A DNA stretch of 64,000 bases from the human T2T-CHM13v2.0 reference genome, Homo sapiens: the NCBI RefSeq assembly GCF_009914755.1, contig NC_060947.1; one strand, 5' to 3'. Every line of letters starts with the position of its first letter. The first letter of the stretch is position 1. A program made the position numbers and the translations under genes. The notes below the pieces were generated by a model. The model did not search any database. It saw only the letters and a list, made by a program, of their open reading frames with translations, and was not told the DNA's origin. Positions 11,917 through 34,824 of the stretch are shown here, in pieces.

Positions 11917-14722
11917 TTTTGTTTTTTTAACTTTTTTCTTTTTCTGCTTATACTTTAGGTTCTGGAGGTACATGTGTAAGTTTGTTAGGTAGGTAAACTG
12001 CATGTTGCTAAGGCTTGATGTAGTGAGCATAGTACCCTATAAGTAGCCTTCCAACCCAAGCCCCCTTCCCCACCTCCGCTTTCAAGCAGTCCCCAGTGTC
12101 TAGTTTTCCCATTTTCGTGTCCACGTGTATTCAGTGTTTAGCTCCCACTTATAATTGACAACATGCAGTATTTGTTTTTCTCTTCCTACATTAGTTTGCT
12201 TAGGATAATGGCTTCTAGCTCAATCTATCTTCCTGCAAAGGACATAATTGTGTTTCTGTTATGGCTGCATAGTATGCCACGATGTATATGTACCCATCTT
12301 CTTTATCTAATCCACTGTTGATGGACATTTTGGCCAATTCCATGTCTTTAATATTGTGAATAGTGCTGCTATAAACATATGAATGCATGCATCTTTTTGG
12401 TAGAATGATGTATTTTCCTATGGGTATGTACCCAGTAATGGAATTCCTAGGAATGATAGCTCTATTTTAAGTTCTTTGAGAAATCTCCACACTGCTTTCC
12501 ACAGTTACTGAATTAATTTACATTCACACAAGGAGTGCATAAGCGCTTCCTTTTCTCCACAGCCTTGAAAGCATCTGTTGTTTTTTGACTTTTTAGTAAT
12601 AGCCATTCTGACTGGTGGATGGTAGTATTTCACTGTGGTTTTGATTTTCATTTATCTAGAGATTAGCAATGATAAGCGTTTTTTATGTATTGGTTGGCTC
12701 CTTGTGTGTCACCTTTTGAGAAGTGCTGTTCGTGTCTTCTGCTCATTTTTTAATGGTGTGATTTGATTTTTGTTTTTTGAATTCTTTAAGTTTCTTGTAG
12801 ATTCTATTAGATCTTTGTCAGGTGTATAGTTTGTGAACATTTTCTCCCATTCTGTACGTTGTCTGCTTACTCAGTTAATAGTTTCTTTTGCTGTGCAAAG
12901 CTCTTTAATTATGTCCCATTTTAATTTTTGTTTTTGTAGCAATTGTTTTCAGGGACTTAGTCATAATTTCTTTGCTATGGCGAATGTCCAGAGAACGGTA
13001 TTTTCTACTTTTTCTTCTAGGGTTTTTAATATTTACGATCTTAAATTTAAATCTTTAATTCATCTTGAGTTGATTTTTGTATATGGTGAAAGGAAGAGAT
13101 CCAGCTTCAATCTTCTGCATATGGCTAGCTAGATATACCTGCACCATTTATTGAATAGAAAGTCTGCTCCCCATTGTTTTTTATTGTTACCTTTGTTGAA
13201 GATTATGTGGTTGTAGGTGTGTGGCTTCATTTCTGGGTTCTCTATTCTCTTCCACTGGTCTATGTGTCTGTTTTTGTACCAGTATTATGCTGTTTGGGTT
13301 GCTATAGACTTGTAGTGTAGTTTGAAGTCGGGTAGTGTGATGCCTCTGGCTTTGTTCTTAATACTTAGGTTTGCTTTGGTGATTCAGACTCTTTTTTGGT
13401 TCCATAATAAATTTTAGAATTTTTTTCTAATTCTGTGAAAAATGACCTTGGTAGATTGATTGGAAAGGCATTAAATCTGTAAATTGTTTTGCACAGTATG
13501 GCCATTTTACCAATATTGGTTTTTCCTCTCCATGAGCATGGAATGTTTTTCCATTTGTTTGTGTTGTCTTTGATTTCTTTCACCACTGTTTTGTAATTAT
13601 TGTTATAGAGATCTTTCACCCTCTTGGTAAGCTATATTCCTAGGTATTTTATTCTTTTTGTTACTATCATAAATATGATTTCATTGTTGATTTACCTCTT
13701 AGCATGCAAGCTATCGGTAGAAACTGCTGATTTTTGTACATTAATTATCAGAACTAGAAGCCTTCTGGTGGAGTCTGTGAAGTTTTTAGGTATAGAATTA
13801 TATTGTCTGTAAAGACAGATAGTTTGACTTCCTCTCTTCCTATTAGGATGCTTTTTATTTCTTTATCTTGCTTGATTGCTCTGACTGAGATTTCTAGTAC
13901 TATGTTGAATATGGGTAGTGAAAGTGGGCATCCTTGTCTTGTTCCACTTCTCAAGGGGAATACTTTCAGCTTTTGACTATTTAGTATGATGTTGGTTGTG
14001 GGTTTGTAATAGATGCCTCTTATTATTTTAAAGTATGTTTCTTCATAGCCTAATTTGTTGAGGGTTTTGAAACATTAAAGGATGTTGAATTTCATCAAAA
14101 GCCTTTTTTGTTTCTATTGAGATGATCATGAGCTCTTGTTCTTAATTCTGTTTTGTGATGAATCAAATTTATTGAGTTGCATATATTCAAACAACCTTGC
14201 ATCCCAATAATTAAACTTACTTGACTGTGGTGAATTAACTTTTTGATGTGCTGCTGGATTCAGTTTTCTAGTATTTTGTTGAGGGTATTTGCATGTATGT
14301 TAACCAGGGATATTGGCCTTAGGTTTTCTGTTTTGGTTGTGCCTTTGCTCGTTTTCTTTTTTTAAATCAAAATGATACTGATGTTATAAAACGTGTTAGG
14401 GAGGAGTCCCCCCTTCTTGATTTTTTAAAAAATAATTTTACTAGGATTTGTACTAGCTCTTCTTTTTATATCTGGAAGAATTTGGATTTTCTGTCTATGT
14501 TTCTTTATTAGTCTAGCTAGCAGTTTATGAATCTTGGTTAATCGTTTGAAGCACCAGCTTTTGGTTTTGTTAATCTTTTGTATTGATTTCTGCATCTCAA
14601 TTTCATTTAGTTCAGATCTGATTTTGATGATCTCTTTTCTTCTTTAGTTTTAGGGTTGTTTTGTTTTTGTTTTTCTAGTTTCTGTAGGTGTGAAATTACA
14701 TTGTTAATCTGAGATTGTCATT
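11917..14722 (-). mobile_element. L1 (L1PA15-17/L1PB-type), 3' UTR plus ORF2, truncated
   Basis: poly-T then TTAGGTTCTGGAGGTACATGTG; ORF2 RT fragments [18 protein letters not shown] and KWKNIPCSW in the ORF track. Confidence 0.9.
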
Positions 14723-16448
14723 CTCTGATTTATAATTCAAATTAGTCTTTGGTCCATTCGACCTAGAAGTTTTCTCCTTATATAAATTAAGTAGAAATGA
14801 AGTAGGCTTCCTAACAGTTTCACTTCTAGGAACACCGTGATTAATTAGCCAATTCCAGAGCTCTACACAAATGAGACTATTCTGTTTGCTGCTTTGTCTT
14901 TGCTGTCCATTACGGTAGCTATGCCCACCTTGCCTTTGATAGTTGAGTGTCGTCACTTGGCCGCTGCCACCTTGAGATCCAATTACTCCCGTTGTATTTA
15001 AATTTTTTTGTTGAATGACTGCAGTTCCCACTGTTAGATATGATATAAGAGAAGAGCAATTACAGGGCTCTTCAAAGATGCAGGTGCTGCCTTCACAAAT
15101 CTATTTTGCAGAGCATTGGTCAAGGGTATATTTTTTGGACTCTCCCAGCTGGGATGAGTAGGTCTAAAGTGACTAATCCATTCCAGTATCCCATTCTTCC
15201 TAAGCTTTTAGATCCTTTCCTCTACATTAAACTTAAGGAGATCAGGCATTTCCAGCTTGCTCACAGTGGAACATCATTTAATGCATATTTCAGATAACCA
15301 AGCAAATAAACGATTAGAACCTTTTTTTAAGTTCTCAAGCTGCAACCCTAAAAGCAGAGTCCCTACTTATTGGTCCCAAATCAATAAATTCAGCCTGATC
15401 CAACTCTATGTTCCTTCCACCAGTATCCCATGCCCTTAATATCCATTCATATTCCTGTCCTCCAAATTTCTGTTTATATAAATTAGAGAACTCAAAAAGG
15501 TCTTTTAGAGTGTAGTGTGCCTCCTCATGGGTCACACTCTCAACCTGACCTCTAGGGGCCTGCTGGGACTTTAGTCTAGTTACAAGTGTAGAAGCAAAAA
15601 AGGGTGTTGAGGTGGTTCCCCAGGAGAATCAACATTATTTTTCTTGGCAACTGCCACAGGGGAGGCCATCACTGTTACTGCAGGCAGCAGCACAGGATTT
15701 ATCTCCTCAGACAAAGGAAGGAAGGCTGATGGCAGCATGGGTCAGGGAGGGGATGTTGCCACTACTGGTGATGGGTAAGCTGTTCCTTATGGCAAAAAAG
15801 ATTCATCAGAGTTTAAAAAGTCAGGGTCCCCACCTTCACCTGGGTCCTCCCACACATCCCCATTCCAAGTTGCAGGGTCCCGTTCTTTTCCAATCAATGT
15901 CCTCACTTTAACAGTAGACACCTGGCAAGGCTGTGCGTGGATCTTTCATTGCAGTTCAGCCACTCACACGATAAGAGGTTGTGTCTGTTTTTCCACAGTT
16001 GCAGCTCTTTCTCTACAGGAGATAAGACTCTCACTCAGGGCAATCTTAGCATATTAGAGGCTCAGTATCTGCTTTTGAAGCTGAGAGACAGAATCCCTGA
16101 GTTCATTATTTTCTTTCATCACTTTGTCCACTGAACTTAGAAGCAACCAACCAGCTTCATTATGCTCCTTGGTTCTCTACATATGGTCAAATGTATTATG
16201 TATAGAGTTACTAAACTCCTTGCCTCTCATGAGCAGTGAATCAGGAGTGTCAAACGCATTTATTTTGCATAACTCTCTAAACAGTTCAGACCAAAAACTA
16301 TCAGTGTTCTTCATACTAAAAGAAGCAGAGTCCTCAGCATTTCTGGATCTAATCATATTGAGCAGCCAAGTCCAGAAACTCCAAAACAAACAAAAGAACT
16401 CCATCCTTAATATTCTATTCCTCTAGAACCATGCCTGATACCAAAATC
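14723..16448 (-). mobile_element. HERV-L internal sequence (PBS, leader, degraded gag), truncated before pol
   Basis: ORF fragments ..ELWNWLINHGVPRSE.., ..FEFSNLYKQKFGGQEYEWILRAWDTGGRNIELDQAEFIDLG.., ..WSELFRELCKINAFDTPDS..; PBS-like GATTTTGGTATCAGG right after the LTR. Confidence 0.9.
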
Positions 16449-16478
16449 TCTATTAGTTGGGGTTCTCTAGAGAGACAG

Positions 16479-16517
<39 letters not shown>

Positions 16518-16895
16518 TAGTTTATTAAGTATTAACTTTTGTGATCACAGTGTCTCACAGTAGACTGTCTACAAGCTTGAGGAGTAAGGAGAGCCAGTCT
16601 GAGTCTCAAAACTGAAGAACCTGGAGTCTGATGTTCCAGGGCAGGAAGCATCCAGCATGGGAGAAAGATGTAGGCTGGAAGGCTAGGCCAGTCTCTCCTT
16701 TCACGTTTTTCTGCCTGCTTTATATTTGCTGGCTGCTGATTAGATTGTACCCACCAGATGCAGGGTGGGTCTGCCTTCCCCAGCACACTGACTCAAATAT
16801 TAATCTCCTTTGGCAACACCCTCACAGACACAACCAGAATTAATACTTTGTATCCTTCAATCCAATCAAGTTGACACTCAGTATTAACCATCACA
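16449..16895 (-). mobile_element. MLT2A LTR (5' LTR of HERV-L) containing (CA)n
   Basis: reverse strand starts TGTGATGGTTAATACTGAGTGTCAACTTGATTGGATTGAAGGATAC and ends CTCTAGAGAACCCCAACTAATAGA; CA run about 16479-16515. Confidence 0.92.
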
Positions 16896-18152
16896 CAAGG
16901 ATTGCATTGAATCTGTAGATTTCTTTGGATAATATTGCCATCTTAACAACATTAAGTCTTCCTACCAATTAACATGGGATGGTTTTCCATTTATTTAGGT
17001 CTTTTAAAACATATTTCAACAATATTTTATAGATCAGTGTACAAATACTTCAACTCCTTGATTACATTTAGTCCTAGGCATTTTATTATTTTACTTGCTA
17101 TTGAAAATATATTCACTCTTTAAATTTTCTGTCCAGATGATTTATTGCTTGTGTGTAGAAACATAGCTGTAACATAGTGCCTTGTAACTTTATTAAATGT
17201 GCTTAAGTTCTGGTAGCTTATTTTGTGGATCCATCAGGATTGTCTATACATTGTATGTCATCTGTGACCAGAGATTGTTTTCATTCTGCTTTTCTAATTT
17301 GAATGCCTTTGTTTATATTTCTTGCCTAATTGCTCTGATTAGAACGTTCAGTACAATTTTGAACAGTAGTGATGAAAATAGGCAGCCTTGTCTTGTTCTT
17401 TACCTTAGGAGAAAAGCTTTCAGTTTTCCCCATCGGCTATTATATTAGCTGTAGATTTTTCTTAAATGCTCTTTATCAAGTTGAGAAAGTTTTCTGAGTG
17501 TTCTTACCATGAGAAAAACTGTTTCATTTTGTCAAAATCTTTTTATGCATCAATTGACATTATTATTTACAGTTTTCCTTTCTTCTACTATTGTGGTGTA
17601 TTATATTGATTGATTTTCTTATGTTGACCTAAGCTTGCACTTCTGAAATAAGTCCCACTTAGTTATAATATATAACACTTTTAATGCATTCTTGGATTGG
17701 GTTTTCTAGTTTTTGTTGAGGATTTTGACATCTGTGTTTATAGGAGTTATTGTTCTGTAGTTTTTTTTTTTTTCTCCTGATTTCTGTGTCTAGGTTTGGT
17801 ATTAGGGTGATGCTGGCCTCACAGAATGAGTTAGCAAGTGTTTTCTCATCTTCCATTTTTTGGAAGAGTTTGAAATGATTGACTTTAAATGTTCTTTAAG
17901 TGTTTGTAAAATTCACCAGTGAAGCCATGTGGCCTTGGACTCTTCTTTGATGAGAGATTTTTGATTATTGATTCATTCTGTTTACTTTTAAATTTGTATA
18001 AATTTTCTATTTCTTCTTGAGTCAGTTTTGGTAATTTTGTGTTTCTAGGAACTTTCCATTTCATTTAGATTATCCAAATTTTGAAGTATACTTACTCATA
18101 TTATTCTCTCATAATCATTTTTTATTCTGTAAGGTTGTTAGTAACATCCACT
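16896..18152 (-). mobile_element. old L1M ORF2 fragment
   Basis: GGATTGCATTGAATCTGTAGAT, GGCAGCCTTGTCTTGTTC, ..LANSFCEASITLIP.. in the ORF track. Confidence 0.85.
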
Positions 18153-20590
<2,438 letters not shown>

Positions 20591-21475
20591 AGACCTTTCT
20601 GAAATTAGTTCTTTATATCTTCTTTTCTTTTCTAAGTCACTCTATCTAAATATTTGTCAAGTTTGCTCATTTAATAAAGCAACTTTTGAGTTCTATTTTT
20701 TCTATTTTCTCTTTCATTTTTTCTCCATTCTAATCTTCATTGTTTCCTTTCTTCTGTAGTTTTGTGTTTAGTTTGCTCTTCTTTTATTTTCTCAGATAAA
20801 AAGTTATATTATTAATTTGAGTTTTTTATTTTTAATATAGATGTTTACAGCTCAAAATTTCTCTTAGCACTTTTTTCTCTGCATGCTGTAAATTTGTGTA
20901 TTTTTCTATTTTTGTTATTTTTTCAAATTATTGTCTAATTTTTATTGTGATTTCTTTTTTTGATCCATTTGCTGTCTAATAATGTGTTGTTTAATTCCAT
21001 TTTTGGATTTTCCAGTTTTTTTCAGTTATTGTTACCTTCATTCCATTATTGTCAGAAAATATTTTTATATGATTTCAATATTTTAAAATTTATTGAGAGG
21101 GTTTTAAGTGCCTAATATATAGTCTCTTATGGAAAATATTTTATTTGTGCTCAGAAACATTGGCTGGAGCATTTTATATATGTCTCTTAGCTCTAATTTT
21201 TTAATAGTCATGTTCATGTCTAATTTTTTTACTGGTGTTCTGTGTGGATTTTCTATGCATTGTTGAAAGTGGAGTATTGAAATATCCATCTGTTATAGGA
21301 ATCACCCTTTTTCATTTTAATTCTGTCAATGTTTGCTTCTTATACTTTGAAACTCTTTTGTTTGGTGCATATATGTTTATAATTTTATGTCTTCTAGATG
21401 AATTGATTATTGATGGTAACAATTTTTGACATGAAGATCACTTTGATATTTAGTTACTATTTGTACGATATTATC

Positions 21476-21763
21476 TTTTTTTTTCGGAGTCTCGCTCTGT
21501 CGCCCAGGCTGGAGTGCAGTGGAGTAATCTCAGCTCACTGCAACCTCCGCCTCCTGGGTTAAAGTGATTCTCCTGCCTCAGCCTCCCGAGTAGCTGGGAC
21601 TATAGGCGCCTGCCACCATGCCCGGCTAATGTTTTTTGTATTTTTAGTAGAGATGGGGTTTCACCGTGATAGCCAGGATGGCCTCGATCTCCTGACCTCG
21701 TGATCCACCCGTGTTGGCCTCCCAAAGTGCTGGGATTACAGGCGTGAGCCACCGTGCCTGGCC
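21476..21763 (-). mobile_element. Alu (AluSc-like)
   Basis: CGGAGTCTCGCTCTGTCGCCCAGG..TAGCCAGGATGGCCTCGATCTCCTGACCTCGTGATCC; TSD-like GATATTATC / GGTATTATC. Confidence 0.95.
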
Positions 21764-21845
21764 GGTATTATCATTTTTAATACTTTCGTTTTCAATCTGT
21801 TTGTGTCTTCAGATCTAAAGTGAGTCACTCATAGACAGCATTATA

Positions 21846-22160
21846 CAGTAATCCTTCAGTATCCACAGTGAATCAGTCCTAGGACATTTCAAAATACTAA
21901 ATTCAGTAGATGCTCAACCATCATATATAAAATAGCATAGTATTTGCATATAACCTACACATATATTTGCATATACTTGAAATCATCTATAGGTTACTTA
22001 TAATACCTAATCAAAGATATGCTATGTAAATAGTGGTTATATTATATTTTTATTTCTTTTAAAATTTATTGTTATTTTTATTATACATTTTAAAAATAGT
22101 TTCAATCTGCAGCTGGTTGAATCTGTAGATGCAGAACTAACAGAACCAAAAGGCTGACTA
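21846..22160 (+). mobile_element. MER2 (TcMar-Tigger non-autonomous DNA transposon)
   Basis: TA|CAGTAATCCTTCAGTATCCAC..., TAGTATTTGCATATAACCTACAC, ..GGTTGAATCTGTAGATGCAGAAC..AGGCTGACT. Confidence 0.85.
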
Positions 22161-23040
22161 CAGTAGGGTCAAGTGTGTTTATTTATTTTGCCTATGTATG
22201 CCTTTTGATTTGTGTACTTAATTTATTTACATTTAAATACTGACAAGAAAGGATTTATTCCATTTTATTATTTTTTAAATAGAGCTTAAACTTTTTTGAA
22301 ATTTATTTTATCCATTACCACCTTCTTTTGTGCTTTTTTTTCTTTTGGTAGTCTTTTTATTCGCTTTTAAAAATGCAGTTCAAAGATCTTTTCTCATTAA
22401 TTAAATGGGGTTTACAATTAGCATCCTAAATTTATAACAGTCTATGTTGAATGGATAGCAAGTTAGCTTAAATAGTATACAAAATCTCCACTCTTATACC
22501 TCTCCACCTGCTTTATATTTTTATTTTTACGCACTAAATATTTATGCATGTATATTATATATTTATTAACATTGATTTATAATTATTGCTTTATGCATTT
22601 GTCTTTTAAATCAAATAGAAAACAGAAAGAAGTGTTGTAAACCAAAAGTGTAATAATCCTTGCTTTATATTTACCTATGTAATTACCTTTACTGGAATTC
22701 TTGAATTCTTTCTTTCCTTCTTTGATTCAAGTTTTACTTTCTGATTTTAAAAAAAATTAGTCTGAAACGCTCTCTTTACCATTTCTTGTAGGGCAGATCT
22801 ACTAGCAATGAATTTTCTTTGTTTTTGTTTATCAGAGAATCTCTTAGTTTTTCCTTCATTTTTGAAGAATAGTTTTTCTGGATGGATCTAGAAATTTTGC
22901 TTAATGTTGTTTTACTTTCAGCAGTTTAAATATGCCATTCCACTGACTCTTGCCTCCATGGTTTCTGATGATAAATCAATCAGCTGTTTCTCTTATTGAG
23001 GCTCTCTTTTACATGATGAGTCACCTCTCTCATGCTGCTT

Positions 23041-23560
23041 TATTTTTTTAAATTACATTCTTTTAATTTTTTACCTTTTATTTTTAAAAACTGTATACTT
23101 AAGGATAAAAAAATGCAGATTTCTTAAATGCATATATTGCATATTGGTGAAGCCTGGGCTTTTAGTGTACCAATCACCTGAACAGTCAACACTGTACTCA
23201 ATAGGTAATTTTTCAGACCTCACCTCCCTCCAATGCTCCCACCTTTTGTAGTCTCCAATGTCTATTATTCTACTTCATATGTCCATATATACCCATTGTT
23301 TAGCTCCTACTTATGAGTGAGAACAGGTGATATTTCACTTTCTGAATTATTTCACTTAAGATTGTGACCTCCAGTTCCATCTGTGTTGCTGCAAAATACA
23401 TGATTTTATTTTTTTATGACTGAGTAGTATTCCATGGTATATGTATACTACATTTTCTTTATCCAATCATCCATTGATAGACATTTAGGTTAATTCTATA
23501 TCTTTGCTATTGTTAAGAGTACTGTGATATAACACAGGAATGCAGGTATCTTCTTCATAT
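23041..23560 (-). mobile_element. L1PB4-like 3' end
   Basis: TGCAGATTTCTTAAATGCATATATTGCATATTGGTGAAGCCTGGGCTTTTAGTGTACC..., TTAGCTCCTACTTATGAGTGAGAAC. Confidence 0.8.
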
Positions 23561-24750
<1,190 letters not shown>

Positions 24751-25524
24751 CTTCTACTCTTTGCACCTCCATATGGGAACTCTCTCAAGTCAGTAAGCTG
24801 GGACAATTGAAGGTCTTACCTCCTTTGTTTCTCATTTTTCTGAGTTCACTCTCCTATCTTGCTTTTCAGATTTCTACAAACCATTGTTTTGTACATTTTG
24901 TTCATATTTTGGTTGTTTCAGGAGGGATATTAAATCTGTTTTATTACCGCATCTTTGCTGGAACTCAGCTTGCTTTCATTTTTTTTCTTATTTTTAAGTC
25001 TTTTTTTATTATGAAAAACATTTATTTGGTTCCATAGTTAAAAGCATAGTACAAAATAATTAAAATAAGTCTAAATGCGTTCCTATGTTCTCCCACCCTG
25101 TTTCTTTCTTCCACCTAAAGGTAGTAAACTTTTAGTGTGTGGTTCATATTTTCATTTTTTTCTTTCTGAAAAGATAATCAAAACGATTTTTTTTAGCAGG
25201 GATATAATTGGCCAACAAAATGTGTTTGTATACATAGTTTTGAAAGTATCAACCAAGACATTAAAGATACTATGTGCTTATAAAATAAAAATGATATATT
25301 TTAAATGTAGCTATTTTTTCTGTTACATTTTAATAAATTCTTTAAACTGTAGAATATTAAATACTCTTGGCTTGAGAAATACGCATTATTCTTTACCCAA
25401 GTAGAGACATATAAAAGATAACATATCTATACATTTTTGAACATTTGAAGTATTCTTAATACCTTTCATCTGTTAACAGTTTATATCAATTTTACTTATG
25501 TTTAGGTGGATTTTAGATAATAAT

Positions 25525-25812
25525 TATTTCAATGAATTGCCAATCAGAAAATCTTTGAATACGCCTGTGTCCTGAAAGCCCCTTCTTCCAGTTGTCTCAC
25601 CTTTCCAGACCAAAACAATGATGTATAGCTTACATGTATTGATTGATGTTTTATGTCTCCCTAAAATATATAAAACCAAGTTGTAGTCTGACCACCTTGG
25701 ACACATGTTTTCAGCATATTTTGAAGACTCTATTACCAGCCGTTGGTCACTCATATTTGGCTCACAATAATTCTCGTCAACCATACTAAAGTTTGACTCT
25801 TTTTTGTCAACA
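25525..25812 (+). mobile_element. MER4-family LTR, 3' part
   Basis: TTGCCAATCAGAAAATCTTTGAAT, CTCCCTAAAATATATAAAACCAAG, GACCACCTTGGACACATGTT, GGTCACTCATATTTGGCTCA, ends TTTGACTCTTTTTTGTCAACA. Confidence 0.85.
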
Positions 25813-25968
25813 AAAAATTAAGGATCCCTCTAAATTCTTAATCCAAGAATAAAGAGTGGCATTGGCCATGATGGATGTAATGTTTTGAAAGATTAATCCA
25901 GTCTAAATGTGCAAGATGGATAGAGTAGGGGAATATTCAGGTGGCAGAAAAATCAATTTAGATGCTAT

Positions 25969-26675
25969 TGAAACTGCCTTTGCAAAATTACGACCGAGAC
26001 AGTGAACGAGATCTATCCTAACTGACATCATCTTGCTTCTAACCTTTAAGTCATCCTCATTTATTCATGGGTATAGGCTGTGAACTAACTTTGGGAGGAA
26101 CTTGGTTTATAGCTTATAGTTTAAAACAAAGATGATAACAGCTCTTTCCCAAAGCAAACCTCCCTCTTACCTGGGGACTAGACTGACTTTGTAGGACTAA
26201 CAAATTACCCACCAGACTAAAAATTATGGTTTAGGAGTCATGCAGCTGGAGGCTACATGATTCTAACCCTTCCTAAACTGCTCCAAAGATCAGTGCTTGA
26301 GATATTTTGCAAACCCTGCACTTGATGAACCATGTGGCACCACCCAGATCAATTAACTGGCTCATGTGATCTTGTGGCCCCCACTGAAGAACTGATTCAG
26401 TGCAAGAAGACAGCTTCAACTTCTAATGATTTCATCTCTGACCTGACCTATCAGTACTCTCAACTCACTGGCCTTCCCCCACCCGCCAAATTATCCCTAA
26501 AAACTCTGATCCCTTAATGCTCATGATCTGGGAGACTGATTTGAGTAATAATAAAACTCCCATCTCCTGCACAGCCAGCTGTGAGTGAATTACTCTTTCT
26601 TTATTGCAATTCCCCTGTCTTGATAAATTGGTTCTGTCTAGGTAGCAGGAAAGGTAAACCCACTGGATGGTTACA
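25969..26675 (+). mobile_element. LTR8 solo LTR (ERV1)
   Basis: TGAAACTGCCTTTGCAAAATTA...CCCACTGGATGGTTACA, TG..CA termini, internal AATAAA, 4-bp TSD CTAT/CTGT. Confidence 0.9.
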
Positions 26676-26768
26676 CTGTTGTAGTGATCCTTTTATTGCC
26701 TTCAAATATTGAGAATTGCCAATTTTCTTTTCCGTATATAAGTATTAAAGTTTAAGTTGGTTGAAGTA

Positions 26769-26875
26769 TTGCTTTCATTCTTCAGGAGATATTTGGATAC
26801 AGAGTAGTGCCATTTTTGAGACTTTGCTTTCATTTTTCAGGAGATATTGAGATATAGAGTAATACCATTTTGAAG
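26769..26875. repeat. diverged 55-nt period tandem duplication
   Basis: TTGCTTTCATTCTTCAGGAGATATTTGGATACAGAGTAGTGCCATTTT vs TTGCTTTCATTTTTCAGGAGATATTGAGATATAGAGTAATACCATTTT. Confidence 0.9.
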
Positions 26876-27659
26876 AGTTTAATCAAAGTTAGGAAAGAAA
26901 AAGTTGGAGTAATGGGAGTATAGTTTAAAGCCATTTAGTCGTGGAGAAAGTAATGCCCTTTGGCTTTCAGGATGTGATATAATTCTGATTAGGATTCCTT
27001 CTAACATGAACAATTAAAATAGAATAGTAAATATTAAAGAGAATAATCCCTATTGTTTAGATATTTCCATTTTTAAGATTGTCAGTACCTAAAGAACAGA
27101 TGCAAGACATGCATTGTTCATGTCAAATTAATGGTTTTAAAAATAAAATCATATAAAAATGGTAGTATTTATCATTAATAGATGTAATCTCTTCAGAATT
27201 GACATATACATTTTATATTTGCAAAATCGATGTCAACAGACAACTGGCAATATATTACAATTTTTGTGTTTTATTCTCTTCAAATCAAGAAGTTTCTTTG
27301 GAAATAAATGCTGAAAACCTTAATCACATTTTTAGAATTTAACACAAAAATACAGATGTAAGGGAAATTTTATCTGTACCTTAAATGAATGAGATTTACA
27401 GATATACAAAGTCATCTTTAAGAAGTCTGAAAGTAATCGTTGCATAATAGTTTTTTATTCCATGACATAACGCCTTATCAGATCTCTTTAGAAGATACGT
27501 CTAATAGTATGTACATTACAATTACTCTTCTGGGGAATATAATACCTGCTTACCTGGAAATGTAAAAAGAACAGTTTTTAATACACTTAAAAATTGCAGT
27601 ATGGATAATTTATATTATCAGTATTCTTTACTGATTTTCTTGCTACATTTAAAGTTTGG

Positions 27660-33480
<5,821 letters not shown>

Positions 33481-33544
33481 AATGGAATATGAACAGTATT
33501 TAACAGTCTGTCATATGCCTCTATCTAATTGAATACCCTTCCCT

Positions 33545-33830
33545 CCATCTAATTGAATCCCCTTCCCTCCCAGGTGAAGAAAGCTCTCTGAATTTTGTAA
33601 TAATATTTCCCTCTTGTTTTTCCATACATTTATAGCTCCTATGTAGTTTTCATTTAAAAATATGTTATTTAATTTTTTCTGCTTTTGAAATTCAGGTAAA
33701 TGGAATTATAAATATTTTCCCATTTTATTTATTCAACATGATGTTGGTAAAAATTCATCTATATTGTTACATATAACTCAAATTATTTCATTTTATAGAA
33801 GAGTAATATTCCATTGAATGAATATGTAAG
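33545..33830 (-). mobile_element. ancient L1ME 3' fragment
   Basis: GTAAATGGAATTATA, ATTCAACATGATG..AAAATTCATCTATATTGTT, GTAATATTCCATTGAATGAATATG. Confidence 0.6.
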
Positions 33831-34130
33831 TAGCACACCTGTAAATCCAACTGGATGTGCTATTTTTCTAGTAGGCAAATTTTAAATTCCTGATTTGTTA
33901 TTTTCAAGGTTAGTGGACTATTTAGGCTTTTTTGACAAATAGTAATTGTATATATTTTTGAGGCACAATGTAATGTTTTGATTCATGTATACATTTGTAT
34001 TTCCTTGACTCAGTTTGGGAAAATTTTATTTTCCTACCATTTATGTATCTAAAACTAAGAATAAAGTAGATCATAATATTTGTTTAGTTTCAGTGAGATT
34101 TCTTGGGCTTCCTAGATCTGAGGATTTTTA

Positions 34131-34460
<330 letters not shown>

Positions 34461-34824
34461 TCAGTTATTATCTTTCTGTGTATTTTATTTCCTCATTAGC
34501 TCTCTGATGTCCTTTAAGCATTTGGATTAGATATATGTTACACTGTCTCACTTTATCCTCCATGTCTTTGTATTTCTTTCATATTTTCCCCTTCTTTATA
34601 TTTGTCAAATATATTTTAGATGATTTATTTGGATGTATTGTGTAGTTCTTTAATGCTTTTTGATGTGTGCAACTATTTGCTGTTTAATCCATTCACTAAA
34701 TTTTAACGTTCAATGTCTATAGTTTTTATTTTTCGATATTGTGTTTGTTTCTTTTCAACTCGGTATGGTTATTTCTTACTCATATTTTCAAGTTTTTATT
34801 TTTATCTATTTAAACTTAGCAAAC

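Larger units (their letters stand above)
20591..23040 (-). mobile_element. old L1M 5' ORF2/ORF1 region, interrupted by Alu and MER2
   Basis: TGAAAGTGGAGTATTGAAATATCCA, AAAGTGAGTCACTCATAGACAGCAT, ATTTCTTGTAGGGCAGATCTACTAGCAATGAATT, GCCTCCATGGTTTCTGATGA. Confidence 0.75.

Noticed and set aside
14696-16404. Domesticated gag (Fv1-like) gene
   Set aside because: gag is split over several short ORFs by stops and frameshifts, and is truncated by L1.
33523-33570. 24-nt tandem pair ATCTAATTGAATACCCTTCCCTCC
   Set aside because: Ordinary small slippage duplication; it is not the TSD of the neighbouring L1.
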